A stretch of 57,719 nt of DNA, the filler included, from Sphacelaria rigidula (Eukaryota), in assembly GCA_964200075.2 (NCBI GenBank). It is 4 parts of 4 records of this genome, joined end to end, with 100 filler letters (N's around TTAATTAATTAA, not from the genome) between each part and the next. Parts side by side here need not be neighbours in the genome. Positions count along the whole stretch, not along the records: positions 14,458 to 28,812 come from CAXNAA020002297.1; positions 28,913 to 43,266 come from CAXNAA020002298.1; 2 more parts are not named here. One strand, given 5' to 3'. Position 1 is the first letter of the stretch. Every line of letters begins with the position of its first letter. The translations under genes and the position numbers were made by a program. Positions 25,419 through 36,639 of the stretch are shown here, piece by piece. The notes beneath the pieces were generated by a model that was not told the origin of the DNA, did no database searches, and saw nothing but the letters and a program-made list of their open reading frames with translations.

Positions 25419-25842
25419 GGTCTCTTGATGCTAAAGTGGAAAGCTTTTCGTGTTTCACGTGCATGCCAAAAAGCTATGTGTTTACGGAGATTCGGGAAAT
25501 AAGATGCAAAACGCACCTACCCTAAAATATGGGGACGGGGGGAGGGGGTGCGATGTTTTAAAATAGAGCCGGAGATGTCGTGCCGTCGGACCGACGTCAA
25601 CTAGTGGGTGTGTTGGCGGGAATCCTATTGCAAGTGAACGCCCCCCTTCCCTCCCTAGTACCGTTTGTGTCTGTGCCCAGACTTGACGCCGTGCCGGCTG
25701 CGTTTTCGTGGCCCTTTGCAAGTCGTGAGGCGGAAGACGCGAGATCGGTACGGGAGTAGAGCCAATTTGCTGTCTCCTCGCCCATAGACAGCACACGAGC
25801 AGCGACAACAGCTGCAACAACAGCTGCAGCAGCAACAGCAGC
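25419..25842. promoter_or_regulatory. Putative bidirectional promoter and 5'UTR region
   Basis: 424 bp between divergent start codons (25418 on the minus strand, 25843 on the plus strand). A CAG/CAA-rich tract precedes the plus-strand ATG. Confidence 0.5.
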
Positions 25843-25945
25843 ATGGTCTCTTGCAAGACTGTACGCGGCATTTCGGTCGTGCTACTGAGCTTGGTGGCTT
25901 TATCTACGGTGACAGATGCTTTCGTCGTGGTGGCTCCAACAGGAG
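25843..25945 (+). CDS. Unknown protein with bipartite plastid-targeting presequence, exon 1
   Basis: MVSCKTVRGISVVLLSLVALSTVTDA-FVVVAPTG: a signal peptide with Phe at +1 (ASAFAP-like). Donor gttggt at 25946. Confidence 0.6.
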
Positions 25946-26630
25946 GTTGGTGTGTGGTTCAGTACAAAACTGTCAGTTGTACTGATGTGCGGTCAGTGCA
26001 GCATGGCCTACACTACTTACTGTAACTGTACTGTCTGTACAACATCTTCTGGCCTGTGGGTCATGATGCGCGTACTGTCCGCGTTTAGGGAGGTTGTTGC
26101 CCCTTTGACCATCTTGCTCATGATCGTCCGTGGCCCGAGATAGTTTGGGCTTGCACTGGACAAGCCTTGCCCTCAAAATGCAGCCTTAGTTCACTCTAGG
26201 CCCGTGGCGCCGATGCCAAATTACCCTCAACGCGGATAAGATGCAGCCACGTGATTAACGACTAGCAAGATCGAGCTCTGGTCGCCTCGTGTGTGAACTC
26301 ACTTCGTGCACGCGTGGTATCCATTGCGTGGTATCCATTTCGATTCCTATCTTGAAGCCATACGCAACACCAGTTCCGAGTAGATTTCGTTAATCAGTCA
26401 AGTTTAGGAGCTCATCACCCACGCACCCAAACTTGCATGTTAACGGAAGTGCTTGGGAACGTTATTTGCCGCACTGTACAGTATCTTGTCGTTTGTGCTT
26501 GCTGATGATTCCCTCTTGGCTTTTTTTTTCTTCATAAAATGTGCTTCACGAGTTAACGGGCACATCCCTCTCACACAGGGGACGGCTTCGTCGCGATGAA
26601 ACCGCGAACATGGGCGCTTACCTCTACCAG

Positions 26631-26686
26631 TGCATGCAACAACAGACGGCACAAGAACACCAGCAACACCAGCGACAACCGTAGCG
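26631..26686 (+). CDS. Putative exon 2 of the plastid-targeted protein
   Basis: Acceptor cttacctctaccag, donor gtgagt, phase-compatible with exon 1. Gives VHATTDGTRTPATPATTVA, which is Thr/Ala-rich and transit-peptide-like. Confidence 0.4.
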
Positions 26687-27970
26687 GTGAGTGTGCGGAT
26701 TGAAGCAGAAGTTTGAAAAAACAGCCTGCCACTGCAGCCGGTCATTCCCAGAACAGTTAATTACTTGTTCCTCCCCAAGCGAAACGTTCCCGCGACAGTT
26801 CTGTTTGGTCCTTGGCCTACGTCTTCGGGGGGTAGGACCACCTGAATCCGTGATATATAACACAAGATGGTTTGGTCGTATGGTTCCAAAGTGTCGAGAC
26901 ATGACACCAATCCAAAAAAAGGGATGAAATGCGCGAATATGAGAGAGATGGGATGTTTTTTGCACACATTGCTGTCAAACGTCGATAAATTTTGCAACTA
27001 CAGCATGGCCACAACGGCATATCAAGAGGTTGGTGCAGAAGTATGTGCAATTACGGAGGCAACCTACAGGCTGGGCCAGCCTAAAAACGGATTCAAGCTC
27101 TCCAAGCGATATCTCAACGACACAGGCGAGTTGGGCCGTGATCCGTATATCGTATTAATGGTCTAATCAAAGGGGAGGTGCCGATCTGCTCAAAAATCTG
27201 GGCCGATTTTCCCTCGTTGATTAAACCCCATGTCTAGTAATTCCTATACCTAGCGGATATAGCGTCCACACTAAAATCTATATGAAACCCCGAACGATCG
27301 ATCAAGCGGATGATGACGATTTTTGGTGTGGATCTTCCCTGAAGCACGGGGAGACGATAGATACCCTCACCTTCACCTAATTCGTTATCTCGAGATATGG
27401 CGCACGTAAGGTTCAATACTAAAATCAGTATATTACGAGCAGAGGCACTAGATGACCTAAATCTAGATATCGCGTCTCAGTTTTTGAGAGTTGTGCTATG
27501 AAACTTGGTATGGAGAACCGGTACGAGTAGTGCACAACGAAAAAAATCAAAGCTTTTCCATTTTTCCCCAACTTTCTTAATCGTTTTTCGTGTTTTTAGG
27601 GGAGTTTTGAGGAAATATGAACATTGCTCTTGGACCTTATCTCAATTTTTCAGCTCAATTTTTAGAATTGTGATTTGAAACTTGGCATGGAAAACGACAG
27701 AGGTATGCTGAGTAAAAAAAATGGGCCTTCATTTTTTTTTCATGAGAAGTTCGGGCGTTCCCGTAAAAAAATCATCGTTACGATACTAAAACGCCCCCAA
27801 TCAGTGGAAAAATAAAATAAAACCCAACCTCACCCATTGTTCTTGGTTCATCACGACCTAGCAAGGTCCCACACAAAGTTTCAACCCACAAACACCAAAC
27901 GTGGGCCGATAAACGGCCTGCAAAATACTGTTCCGAATTTCCACCGCCTCGGTTTTTCAAATGTAAGTTG

Positions 27971-28222
27971 GCAATTTTTTTCTTGGAGTTGGACAGTGGA
28001 ATTTGGTATGGACAATCAACAGTGCATGAAGAAAAGCTGTCTGTGAGGTCCCAACGATTTTTTTTCGCGAATCAAGGGCAAAAATCAGTTTCGAGGTTTT
28101 AGTAAAATGCCCTTAACTCACGAAGAAAAAAAAAAACGTTGGGACCTCACAGACAGCTTTTCTTCATGCCCTGTTGATTGTCCACACCAAATTTCACTGT
28201 CCAACTCCAAGAAAAAAATTGC
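27971..28222. repeat. Long palindromic element (~110-bp arms)
   Basis: ttcttggagttggacagtg...ctgtctgtgaggtcccaacg is mirrored by cgttgggacctcacagacag...cactgtccaactccaagaa. Confidence 0.85.
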
Positions 28223-28812
28223 GAATTCGCCTGCAAAGTACAAATCCGCATGTAGGCTGGCCCAGCCTGTAAAGCTTTGGGCGAAAATTCATGTTTGATG
28301 TTTTTGAACAAACTAACACTAACCCTCGTCAAAACGTGTCCACTCGTGGATACTTTTTGAAAACACAACGAGCAGTGACTCGGGTGCTGAGTCATGACTT
28401 TTTTTTGCGACAAAAAACGTCTCGAGTGCTCGCCCTAGTAATGTTTCCCACAACAATCAATGACTCTTGTACCGCCAAGAAGCAGCCCAAGGAGTGCGAA
28501 TGCCACGAGTCACACTCGTATTTGTCCGACGTGTGTAGATTTCCGCCCAAAGCTACGAGCTGGGCCAACCGAGAAGCGAATTCGTAGTTTGCAGGCCCAT
28601 TAAATAGCCAATATTTAGAGTTGGACCCTGAAATGTGATATTGACAGTGAAAAGGGTATAATGAAAACAAATACCACTGCACACAAGTTTTTTTTCATGA
28701 GTTGAGGGCATTGTACTGATACCTGAAAACTGATCATTGCTCTTAACCCTTTGGGAACCCTCCCCTCCCGTCCCCGGGCCAGGCGCCTCAATATGAGAAG
28801 CCCTGACAAAGA

Positions 28813-28912
28813 NNNNNNNNNNNNNNNNNNNNNNNNNNNNNNNNNNNNNNNNNNNNTTAATTAATTAANNNNNNNNNNNNNNNNNNNNNNNNNNNNNNNN
28901 NNNNNNNNNNNN
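28813..28912. other. Artificial contig linker N44-TTAATTAATTAA-N44
   Basis: Identical 100-nt linker. Confidence 0.98.
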
Positions 28913-28985
28913 CCGGGAATCGAACCCCCCAACTCAACCATCAGAAGGTTACGAGGTTACCAGCTGAGCCACCGGGGCGACCGGC
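28913..28985 (-). mobile_element. tRNA-derived SINE-like head
   Basis: Minus strand GCCCCGGTGGCTCAGCTGGT (A box) ... GGTTCGATTCCCGG (B box). The D and anticodon arms do not pair as in a tRNA. Truncated at the contig end. Confidence 0.6.
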
Positions 28986-29194
28986 TAGACTTGAGGAATT
29001 TCGCCTTGCAATTATGACACTGCGAAAAAGTAATTGCTGGCTGAGGGCTCTTGAGATATGGATATCTCCTTGCATAGACTACGTTTTTTCTTCATGAACA
29101 CTACTCACGCTTGTTTTACCTGGTTACAGTATACGGTACATGGTACACAGTACTCGTACATAAGAAACTACCGTGTACGCGCCGTTTCGCGAAG

Positions 29195-29473
29195 GTTTCC
29201 AAGTGGGCCGGTCTCGAGCATGGGGAGGATGTCATCCGACGTGCTATGGCCAAGTCCAGTTTCAAGAGCATGCGCCGGAAGGAGGAAGCTTTGGGTCTGA
29301 AGATCTTCGACAAGATGTATCCGCACCGAGACTATCGGTGGCGCATGACGCGGAAGGGAAAGGCAGGGGGCTGGGAAGAGTGCTTCACCACGCCTGTGGC
29401 CAAGGACATTTGGAACGAGCAGGCTTACGATGTCATGCTGAAATTAGGTTACGTAGAAAATGAGCGTTGGTAG
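29195..29473 (+). CDS. Sulfotransferase (Sulfotransfer_1-like), terminal exon
   Basis: VSKWAGLEHGEDVIRRAMAKSSFKSMR...RKGKAGGWEECFT matches the SULT C-terminal SF..M and RKGxxGxW motifs. Probable acceptor gaag at 29194; stop TAG at 29471-29473. Upstream exons are off-contig. Confidence 0.8.
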   Translation, partial: VSKWAGLEHGEDVIRRAMAKSSFKSMRRKEEALGLKIFDKMYPHRDYRWRMTRKGKAGGWEECFTTPVAKDIWNEQAYDVMLKLGYVENERW

Positions 29474-30338
29474 GTGGTACAAGATTACGTGGGAAATACC
29501 CGCGAGAACTAGCACATGTGTCGATACTTGTTCTACTATGTCACTGTCCGGTTGGTGGTGTAAATTTGTCCAAAAGTAATCAGTTTTTTGTGGGTATTTG
29601 TCGAGGTTTGAGTGAAAAAGGCCTCCAACATGCACACATATTTTTTCTGGCCTTCCCCCCCCCCTTCTCGCGCCTTTTCAGGATGTATGGTATCGTAGAA
29701 CCCTACTGTGCAGTATAGCTGTACAATAAATTTAGCAGTATGACAGTATTATTCAGATACGAGTGGTTGTCGATGTGGCAAACGCTCAATCCACCGTCAT
29801 GGTTCGTGAGTGTACGTGTATATTTACTGCTCCCAGATTAGACATATCATGGCGCTGTAGCAGCGTGTGGAGGGTACACAGAAGGTAAATGATGTGAATC
29901 AATTTATCATTTTTTCGTCTCCAAGCACAACGCAACACCTGCAGTCTCGGACGTCAACACGACGTGAGAGGCCATGAGGGGAAGAAGTACACGGATACCG
30001 AAATGCTCACGCCACAACAGTCAGTGCCACGGAAGCAACTCGGGGTATTTAAAACAATTACATTTACACAACTTACCAAGCGAAATCTCGGCTTGTTCCC
30101 AACGAATCGACCAAACAGTGACGAGACAATAACCCGAGAACAGAAAACGGGGTAACCGTAAGCGTTACCAGTTACACTGGTGAACCAACCCACGTTTCCG
30201 ATCGTCCAGGTGATTCACCGATCAAAAGCTGGGGTCACCTCTCTTATCTGGTCAAATGACTAAGGCAAGCAACGAATGAGCACGCCCCCTCCCCTTTCTA
30301 CTATTTCTACGGAACAACTAGAGTTGTACTCGAGGTGT

Positions 30339-30540
30339 TCATCTGAATTTCTGCAAGATTCGGGTCCCTTCCTCTTCCCACTCCTCCTTTGTTGCCCAAA
30401 ACTCGTAGCGGTTCTTCATGACATCTGCCAACACAGCACCGCCGATGAACACCAGATGTTTCCTCCTGGGAGGATCTTCGATATTCAGTTTGAACTTCTT
30501 CAGTCGGTCGCTGTCGCCCTTCAGGATGTCGTTCAAATAT
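30339..30540 (-). CDS. ARP2: Actin-related protein 2, last exon
   Basis: Acceptor ttcttctttcgaacag; (R)YLNDILKGD...[23 protein letters not shown] is the ARP2-specific C-terminus; stop at 30339-30341. Confidence 0.95.
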
Positions 30541-31345
30541 CTGTTCGAAAGAAGAGAAGCACAACGAAAGATTAATCTCGAACCGCCATGGAATACGAAA
30601 ACAAAAAACACTGAAAAAAGCAAAGACACGAGGTCGCCAACTGCCAACGATTGCAACGGTCGCACTGCCCCCCAGACGTGCTTTCCCTTATGCCTTCCAT
30701 CATTTGATCACACCACATCAGTCCGATGGCTCAGGCCCTGCGGTCCGGAGATTGATTTCAGCAGCGGGACGTGGAATACACGTCATTCCTCCGGCGAGTA
30801 TACCCCGCACGGAACTGTGAACCTTTCCGACCGTCCTGAATGAATTGGCATGAGTTTTGAGGATGAAAAGCCTGATAGTTTGAAAAGAGTCAACACGTCC
30901 TTCGATCCGATCCTAAATGCCTTGGATGAGGCTCACGCCAGGTTCGTGCACGGCTCAGCGGGCATTCGCGTGGGTAGGGGTTGCGATAGCGCCGGCTTCG
31001 TCTAGGTGTACCAGCCAGGTTCGTTGCTTGCTTAGTTCTTGCCTGTGGGTTTTGCCCACTCAACAACCATCGGGGGCCCACAGGTGGAACTAGCAGATGC
31101 AACTGTACGAGAGGTGACAATCCTGCACAAGCGTCACAGTATCGCCGTTTTAAATTTCCAAATCAAAGAGACAAATTTACTGCTGACAAGAGAAAACTGT
31201 GTGCTAGTGGCAGTGAAACTTCGCCACCAGCACCAGCACCAGCACCAGCACCAACGAAATCGCCGAGAATAGTAAAAGCAACACAACAATCATCACGACG
31301 ATTTCGACCCGAAACCGCGATCGACATCGTTTACAAACCCGTTAC

Positions 31346-32259
31346 CTGGAACGGATGTCCTTTTCCAGCCGTGTTGGGAAGCCGGGGTACATCGAAGTTC
31401 CCCCAGACAGCACGATGTGCTTGTAGTATTCCGTTCGACAGTCCATCGGCGCCTTCTGGATCATCTCGAAAACCATGTCTCCGAGCCCGGGCGCCTCCAC
31501 ATCAACCAAACTCGGATTGAACAATGGCTCGGGGGCCTCGAACCGCTCGCGACCGAGTTTGATCACTCGCCCATCCGGTAGGGTGTAGTTCTCTTCGAGA
31601 ACGGTGGTCTCTTGGGCCAGGCGACGCTCCATGCCGATATCGTGAGCGACGTAGCATAGCTTCTCCTTGATCTGTCGCACCGTTTCAAAATCGGCCGTTC
31701 GGTTGAAGGCATACCCTCGCAGAAGCAGGAGCTTGATCAGGTATCGTGTAAGGTGCCGTCCGGCCACGTCCAATCGGCGGATGAGATTTTGCGGGACAAA
31801 CCCGTCGAAGACGGGAATGACGTGGCTCACACCGTCCCCGCTGTCCACCACAACCCCCGTCAGCAAACCCTGCGCATACAGAGTGAGCATGGCCTGGATG
31901 GAAACGTTGCACGCGCCAAAGTTAAACTTTTCGAATATACGCTCCACCATCTGCTCGCGGTTTTTGGTCGGGTTGAGGGGCGGCTCTGTGAGAAGGATCT
32001 TGTGGTCAGCGGGATTAATCGCCATTTTTTCCTCGAAGGTGTACCTCCACAGTTCCTCCATGTCGTCCCAGTTTTTGATGATGCCGTTGGAAACCGGATA
32101 GCTCGTTTCCAGCGACGCCCGCACCGCGGCTGCCGCGTCTCCACACATGATGTCCTTGAGCTCCACCCCCTCTTGGAAGGCTTCCTCCGCTCGCAAGATG
32201 GGTCTCCCCACCAACGACGGGAAAATTGACCGCGGGAAGTTTTCGCCCGCATATCCCAC
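31346..32259 (-). CDS. ARP2: Actin-related protein 2, 914-nt internal exon
   Basis: VGYAGENFP...[25 protein letters not shown]...RRLDVAGR...[26 protein letters not shown] are ARP2 signatures. AG at 32261-32260, donor GT at 31345 (phase 2, matches the last exon). The first exon (DNGTGFVK) was not found. Confidence 0.97.
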
Positions 32260-32293
32260 CTTTTTTTTTCAAGGACAGGGGCAGAGGAAGGAG

Positions 32294-32395
32294 GTGTACT
32301 CATGATCTTGCATGCCGCAGTCATGAGACCATTGACCTCGCATCCTTACAAAGCGGGGACGGAGCACGCCGGGTTTTCGCCGGACCGGGCTCGGT
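32294..32395. repeat. Copy of the dispersed repeat family, ending ~33 nt from the ARP2 acceptor
   Basis: gtgtactcatgatcttgcatgcc...attgacctcgcatccttacaaagcggggacggagcacgccggg is the reverse complement of the end of 16218-16521. Confidence 0.8.
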
Positions 32396-35194
32396 GGGGG
32401 TGGATCTCATCATCACTACTGCATTTTTCACCATCAGCACTGCGTTTTTTTCTCCACATCCACTTACGAGCAGGGTGTACATGGCTTGGGATGCGGAGGG
32501 GGTTTGCCGTCCGGCCTGGATGCCTCGTTTGGCTGTCACAGTCACGCCAGGTTTGGGCCCACAACGGATCTAGATCACTACCGAGCCCCGGTTAGTCACT
32601 GCGAAGGCCTTTGAGGTTACGGTTGAGATGAGGGTTGGGAATGCTACTTTGCCCGGCGCGCGCTTTCATCAAGCACCTGAAATAACCATAGCTTACACGT
32701 CCGCCTAAAGCAGGGTTGGCTGAGCACATTTTCGTCGCGAGGATGCGCGATCGCACCAGCTTCTCGGCGTCTAAATCAGCGAACGAATCAGTTTTGTCTA
32801 TCGCAAGGTACAGGAAACAGATTACAGAGAGTAGTATCGTCATTTCAAAGTGGAAAACATCATCGATTTTTGGCTGGAATCACCGTGAGGCACATCCGCA
32901 ATTGTCGAGGTCACGTTTAGGAGATTATCGCGTTCAACACATCGGAAAATTCACCAAGAGCCCAAAATTATTTATATGACGCATAGTAGTGTGGAAACAT
33001 TTCCTAAGTTGGACGTGGGCGGGAAGCGCATGTGACTCAGGGGACAAGAAAAGTAGCCGTCCCCGGCGGTGTTCCTACCGTGAAGTGGGGGATGGTATCC
33101 ACCGTTTCGTCCAATAGCGTGTGAATAGAAAGAGTTGTGAATGATGTAGTATTTTAGGGTATTTGAAATATGAAAAATTGCTCCTTACCCGCGGATTTGA
33201 CGCCCCCTCTCCCCCCCCAAACATCATCACACGAGTAGCATATACCGTTTTGGCGCGTCACACACGAACGACGATGCACTTGGAACACACGGACGCATCG
33301 ATAGAACGTGCGGAATGTATTTGAACACAGGATTCTCAATTTTTTCTTATTTCAGGATTTTACGGTGACCACGACATATCACGGTTTCTGCATGATCCCC
33401 AAACTTGGGGAATTGAGAGACACGAGTAACCGGCACAAATTTCGAAAGAAAGCAAAAATACAACCAACTTTGAACGAGCGACGGGCTCACCGGTCGTTGG
33501 AGGTGCTACGAGTGTACAGCTCCGGTTCTCACTCTTTGATGCTTTTGCTCGAGCAAATCATCTGGATTGTAACAATGAACAACTCTTGGGGTCAGTTTTA
33601 TATTCTCGATATTCCTCACGCTGTAGCCGAAAAATCGTGCTGTTAGATCATGAACGATCAAGAACACCCCTTCGATAAACGGAGTTTTACTCCGTTTTGT
33701 TCCGACAACACAGAATTTCACACGTGCCGTAGCTCACTTGTAGTCGAACATGTACATGTGAACTACGCTCGATAGCTCACCCTGGACAAACATGCGTAGC
33801 TCATGAAGCTCTCATAGCTCACCCGGGGCAAACATGCGTAGCTCATGTAGGGGGCTACCCTAAAAAAGAGCTAGATAGCTCGAGCTACAGGGACTTAGTC
33901 TGCCCGACGTGTGGAGCTTTTCCAATTTTCCCCTGCGGCCCTGCGGATCGCGCGCCAAGAGTTGTGAACAAGAATTGAAGCCATATAAGGACATAAATGA
34001 CTTGGAAGTATTAGGTCGGAATTTTTCTTTTTCGTCGCACTTTCTCAATTTCTTTTTCAAAGGCGCACCCTAGACACTACTCGAAGCCTCACCTGAAAAA
34101 AAAACAGAACTACCGCGTTGAAAGTACAGTTATGGGTAGGAATGAGGGCCGATTTTGGGTAATGTATTACTGGAAAGTGCAACCCGAACGCTACATGCGT
34201 CAGAAGTGGTCCGTAATCCGACGAATCATATCAATGGAAAATACACGCGTCACCTACAAATAATGATCTGGCTCATATGGAATGAACTATACTTCTAGTA
34301 CATTTATTCAAGCCTGCTGGAGTGGTCAGTGTTGAGGTGATTTTGTTCCTCCGGAAAGCTGGCTCCACATCAGTAGATGGACAATCTTGCTGCACTAGCT
34401 AGTGTCCTGCTTCTGTCTGTACCACTCGGGAAGCACACGCCCTCGAGCTTCCATCCCACGTTTACCGTCATTGCGAAGATAACAAGACAAGAACACGAAC
34501 AGCAGCTGTTGTGGCCGCCACACACCAACGTAACTGCAGTGCAAGGCGTGCCTGACATAGTGGTAGATCGACAAAGTATGGAAACTTGGAGATTATGAGC
34601 AGCAGCGTCGCGCTATGTGAAAACTACTGAGAAGATGTTGATGATGTTACCGATCAAGAGGTTCACGCTGTGCGGATTGGCTCCGCGCTGCATGTCCCAC
34701 ACACAGCTGTGACTGCGGGATTGGAGAGTGAATTTTTCATGGGGCCCCATGGGTCAGAGTCATGGCATGAGTGGAAGGAATTCCATCTTGTCAGTCGCTT
34801 GTGCACAGTCATCTGTGAAATCATCCTCTACAAGTCAAGGGATAAAAGGGTATTCGCTTATGATACGTGAGGTTGTCCTTTGTGCACATCCCCACAGAAC
34901 AAAGCACCACATGGCGGACCGCCACCGAAGAAAATGTCATGGCGTTGACTCGTGCCAAAAAATAAATTTGGTCGACGACGCAAGTTGGCCCAAGCCGCAT
35001 GGTTTACATATTATCTTTATAATGTACAGGCAGTCACTTAACCCTTAGACGGCGAGAGTAGGTCACCTGCTGAATCGGCGTCAATCTTCACTTGAAAAAA
35101 TTATGCGTGGTCCAGATGGACTAGCCGCACCGCGGTCTAACGGTTAAAACATCGTGGCTCTGCCGACCTGGGCATACATAGTGCGTAGTCTAGA

Positions 35195-35405
35195 ATATAA
35201 TCGCTCTTCGCGCTTTGGCTTCTCCGCTGGAACCCTCAGACACAACAGCCGGGGTACATGTGTGATCTCGCCCTCTGCAACTCAATACATGAAGGGTACT
35301 CGCTGTTGGAAGGCGAAGTTGCCCTTTGTGCACAGCCGTGCAGAACAAAGCAGCACCTGGTGGCACGCCACAAAGTGAAATGCCGTCACACACTGCTCAT
35401 CGCAA
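35195..35405. repeat. Dispersed repeat (copies at ~34810-34960 and ~41325-41550)
   Basis: Shared core aagggtactcgc.gttg.aaggcgaa.ttgc.ctttgtgcacagccg..c.gaacaaa.cagc.cctggtggcacgc. Confidence 0.75.
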
Positions 35406-36639
35406 AAAAAAAAAACACGCAGCCCAAAACGAAGCTTGTCGAACGTCGCATAGTTTGCATCACATTCTTACATTATTAATTGCAATTTTCAATTTGGTTG
35501 TTGTCTCAGGCTATTCCAGATTCGGCATCAGATTTCTGTGACAGAAAACACTCTCGTTTTTTCGGAATACTTTTTGGAAAACGAGCAGAATTTTTTTAGA
35601 AACTGCTTGAACCATGACGCCATTATATGGAGTACAGGGTATTACACTCAAAACAAGATACTTTTGCAGTGGTGTATGGACTACATAATACTACCCTAAA
35701 CGCAAAAGGAAAGAGACGGATGCCCGCAACAGCAGCGGCCTAAAGTGCAGATGACTAACCAGTACTGGAAACGGAGCGCACGCTACTGACGGCCTGGGGC
35801 GGAAGGAGAAGGAGAAGTAGGAAGAGATTGTTGATCGGGGGTGGGCATGGGGTTATGGGCAGAGACGATCGGCTGCGTACCATTAGTCGGGGTGAGCCGT
35901 ACACTGTGTCTGTGTACTGTGCAGGTTATCCAAGTGGCAGCACGAGTAGCGGGAGTGGTCCTGTATCGCATCACTTGTCAACTGTTCAGAGCACTACACG
36001 CAATGCACACTCTCGTGACATGATTACACTTGAACACCCAGCTAATATCATGTTGTCCATGCCGCAGCAACACAATCATCAACTAGAGCGCACTGCGGCC
36101 AACACCACGCATCAACACCGATAGCTCCGTGCCTGTTGTGTCGCAGAGGGTGATCTTGCCCGTTTGTCGGCGAAAGTTTCGTGTCGGGATCCCGGCGCAA
36201 AAAAATCGAAAGAGCAGACAGTGACGTCAAATTTTCTGATGAAACACAGCGTGTGCACAACAGAGCCGGCACATGATTTTTTAACGCACCCACCCAAACC
36301 AGAGCAGGCACATGAAGCATGCCACAGCACGCACACCCACAACACAGCTCACACGCACACATGCACTGACGAACCACCACTAGCTAGCCCCAAAAGCAAC
36401 AGCAGAAGCAGTACTGTAGTACGGAAACTGCCGTTGAACTTATCGCACAAGCTTCACGCGCCTACCAAAAGTACAGCACAAACTGTTCAACATTGTACAG
36501 TGGTAGAGCGCAATATTCTCTGTAGTGTAAACAACAGTACCCTCGCAGCCATATTGCCCCAGCAAGCAAACATATTGCAGTTTTATTCAGCGACACCCCA
36601 ACTCCCTTGCGTTTCAGCCCGTCTGTTGATATCCGCCCG

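Noticed and set aside
28913-28985. Functional tRNA genes (also ~8820-8900 and 51668-51735)
   Set aside because: Only A/B-box-like motifs are present; the D, anticodon and acceptor stems do not form.
25843-29473. Joining the signal-peptide exon to the sulfotransferase exon as one gene
   Set aside because: They lie on different contigs separated by an artificial linker.
31667-32324. Overlapping ORFs in other frames across ARP2
   Set aside because: These are shadow ORFs of a GC-rich coding exon.
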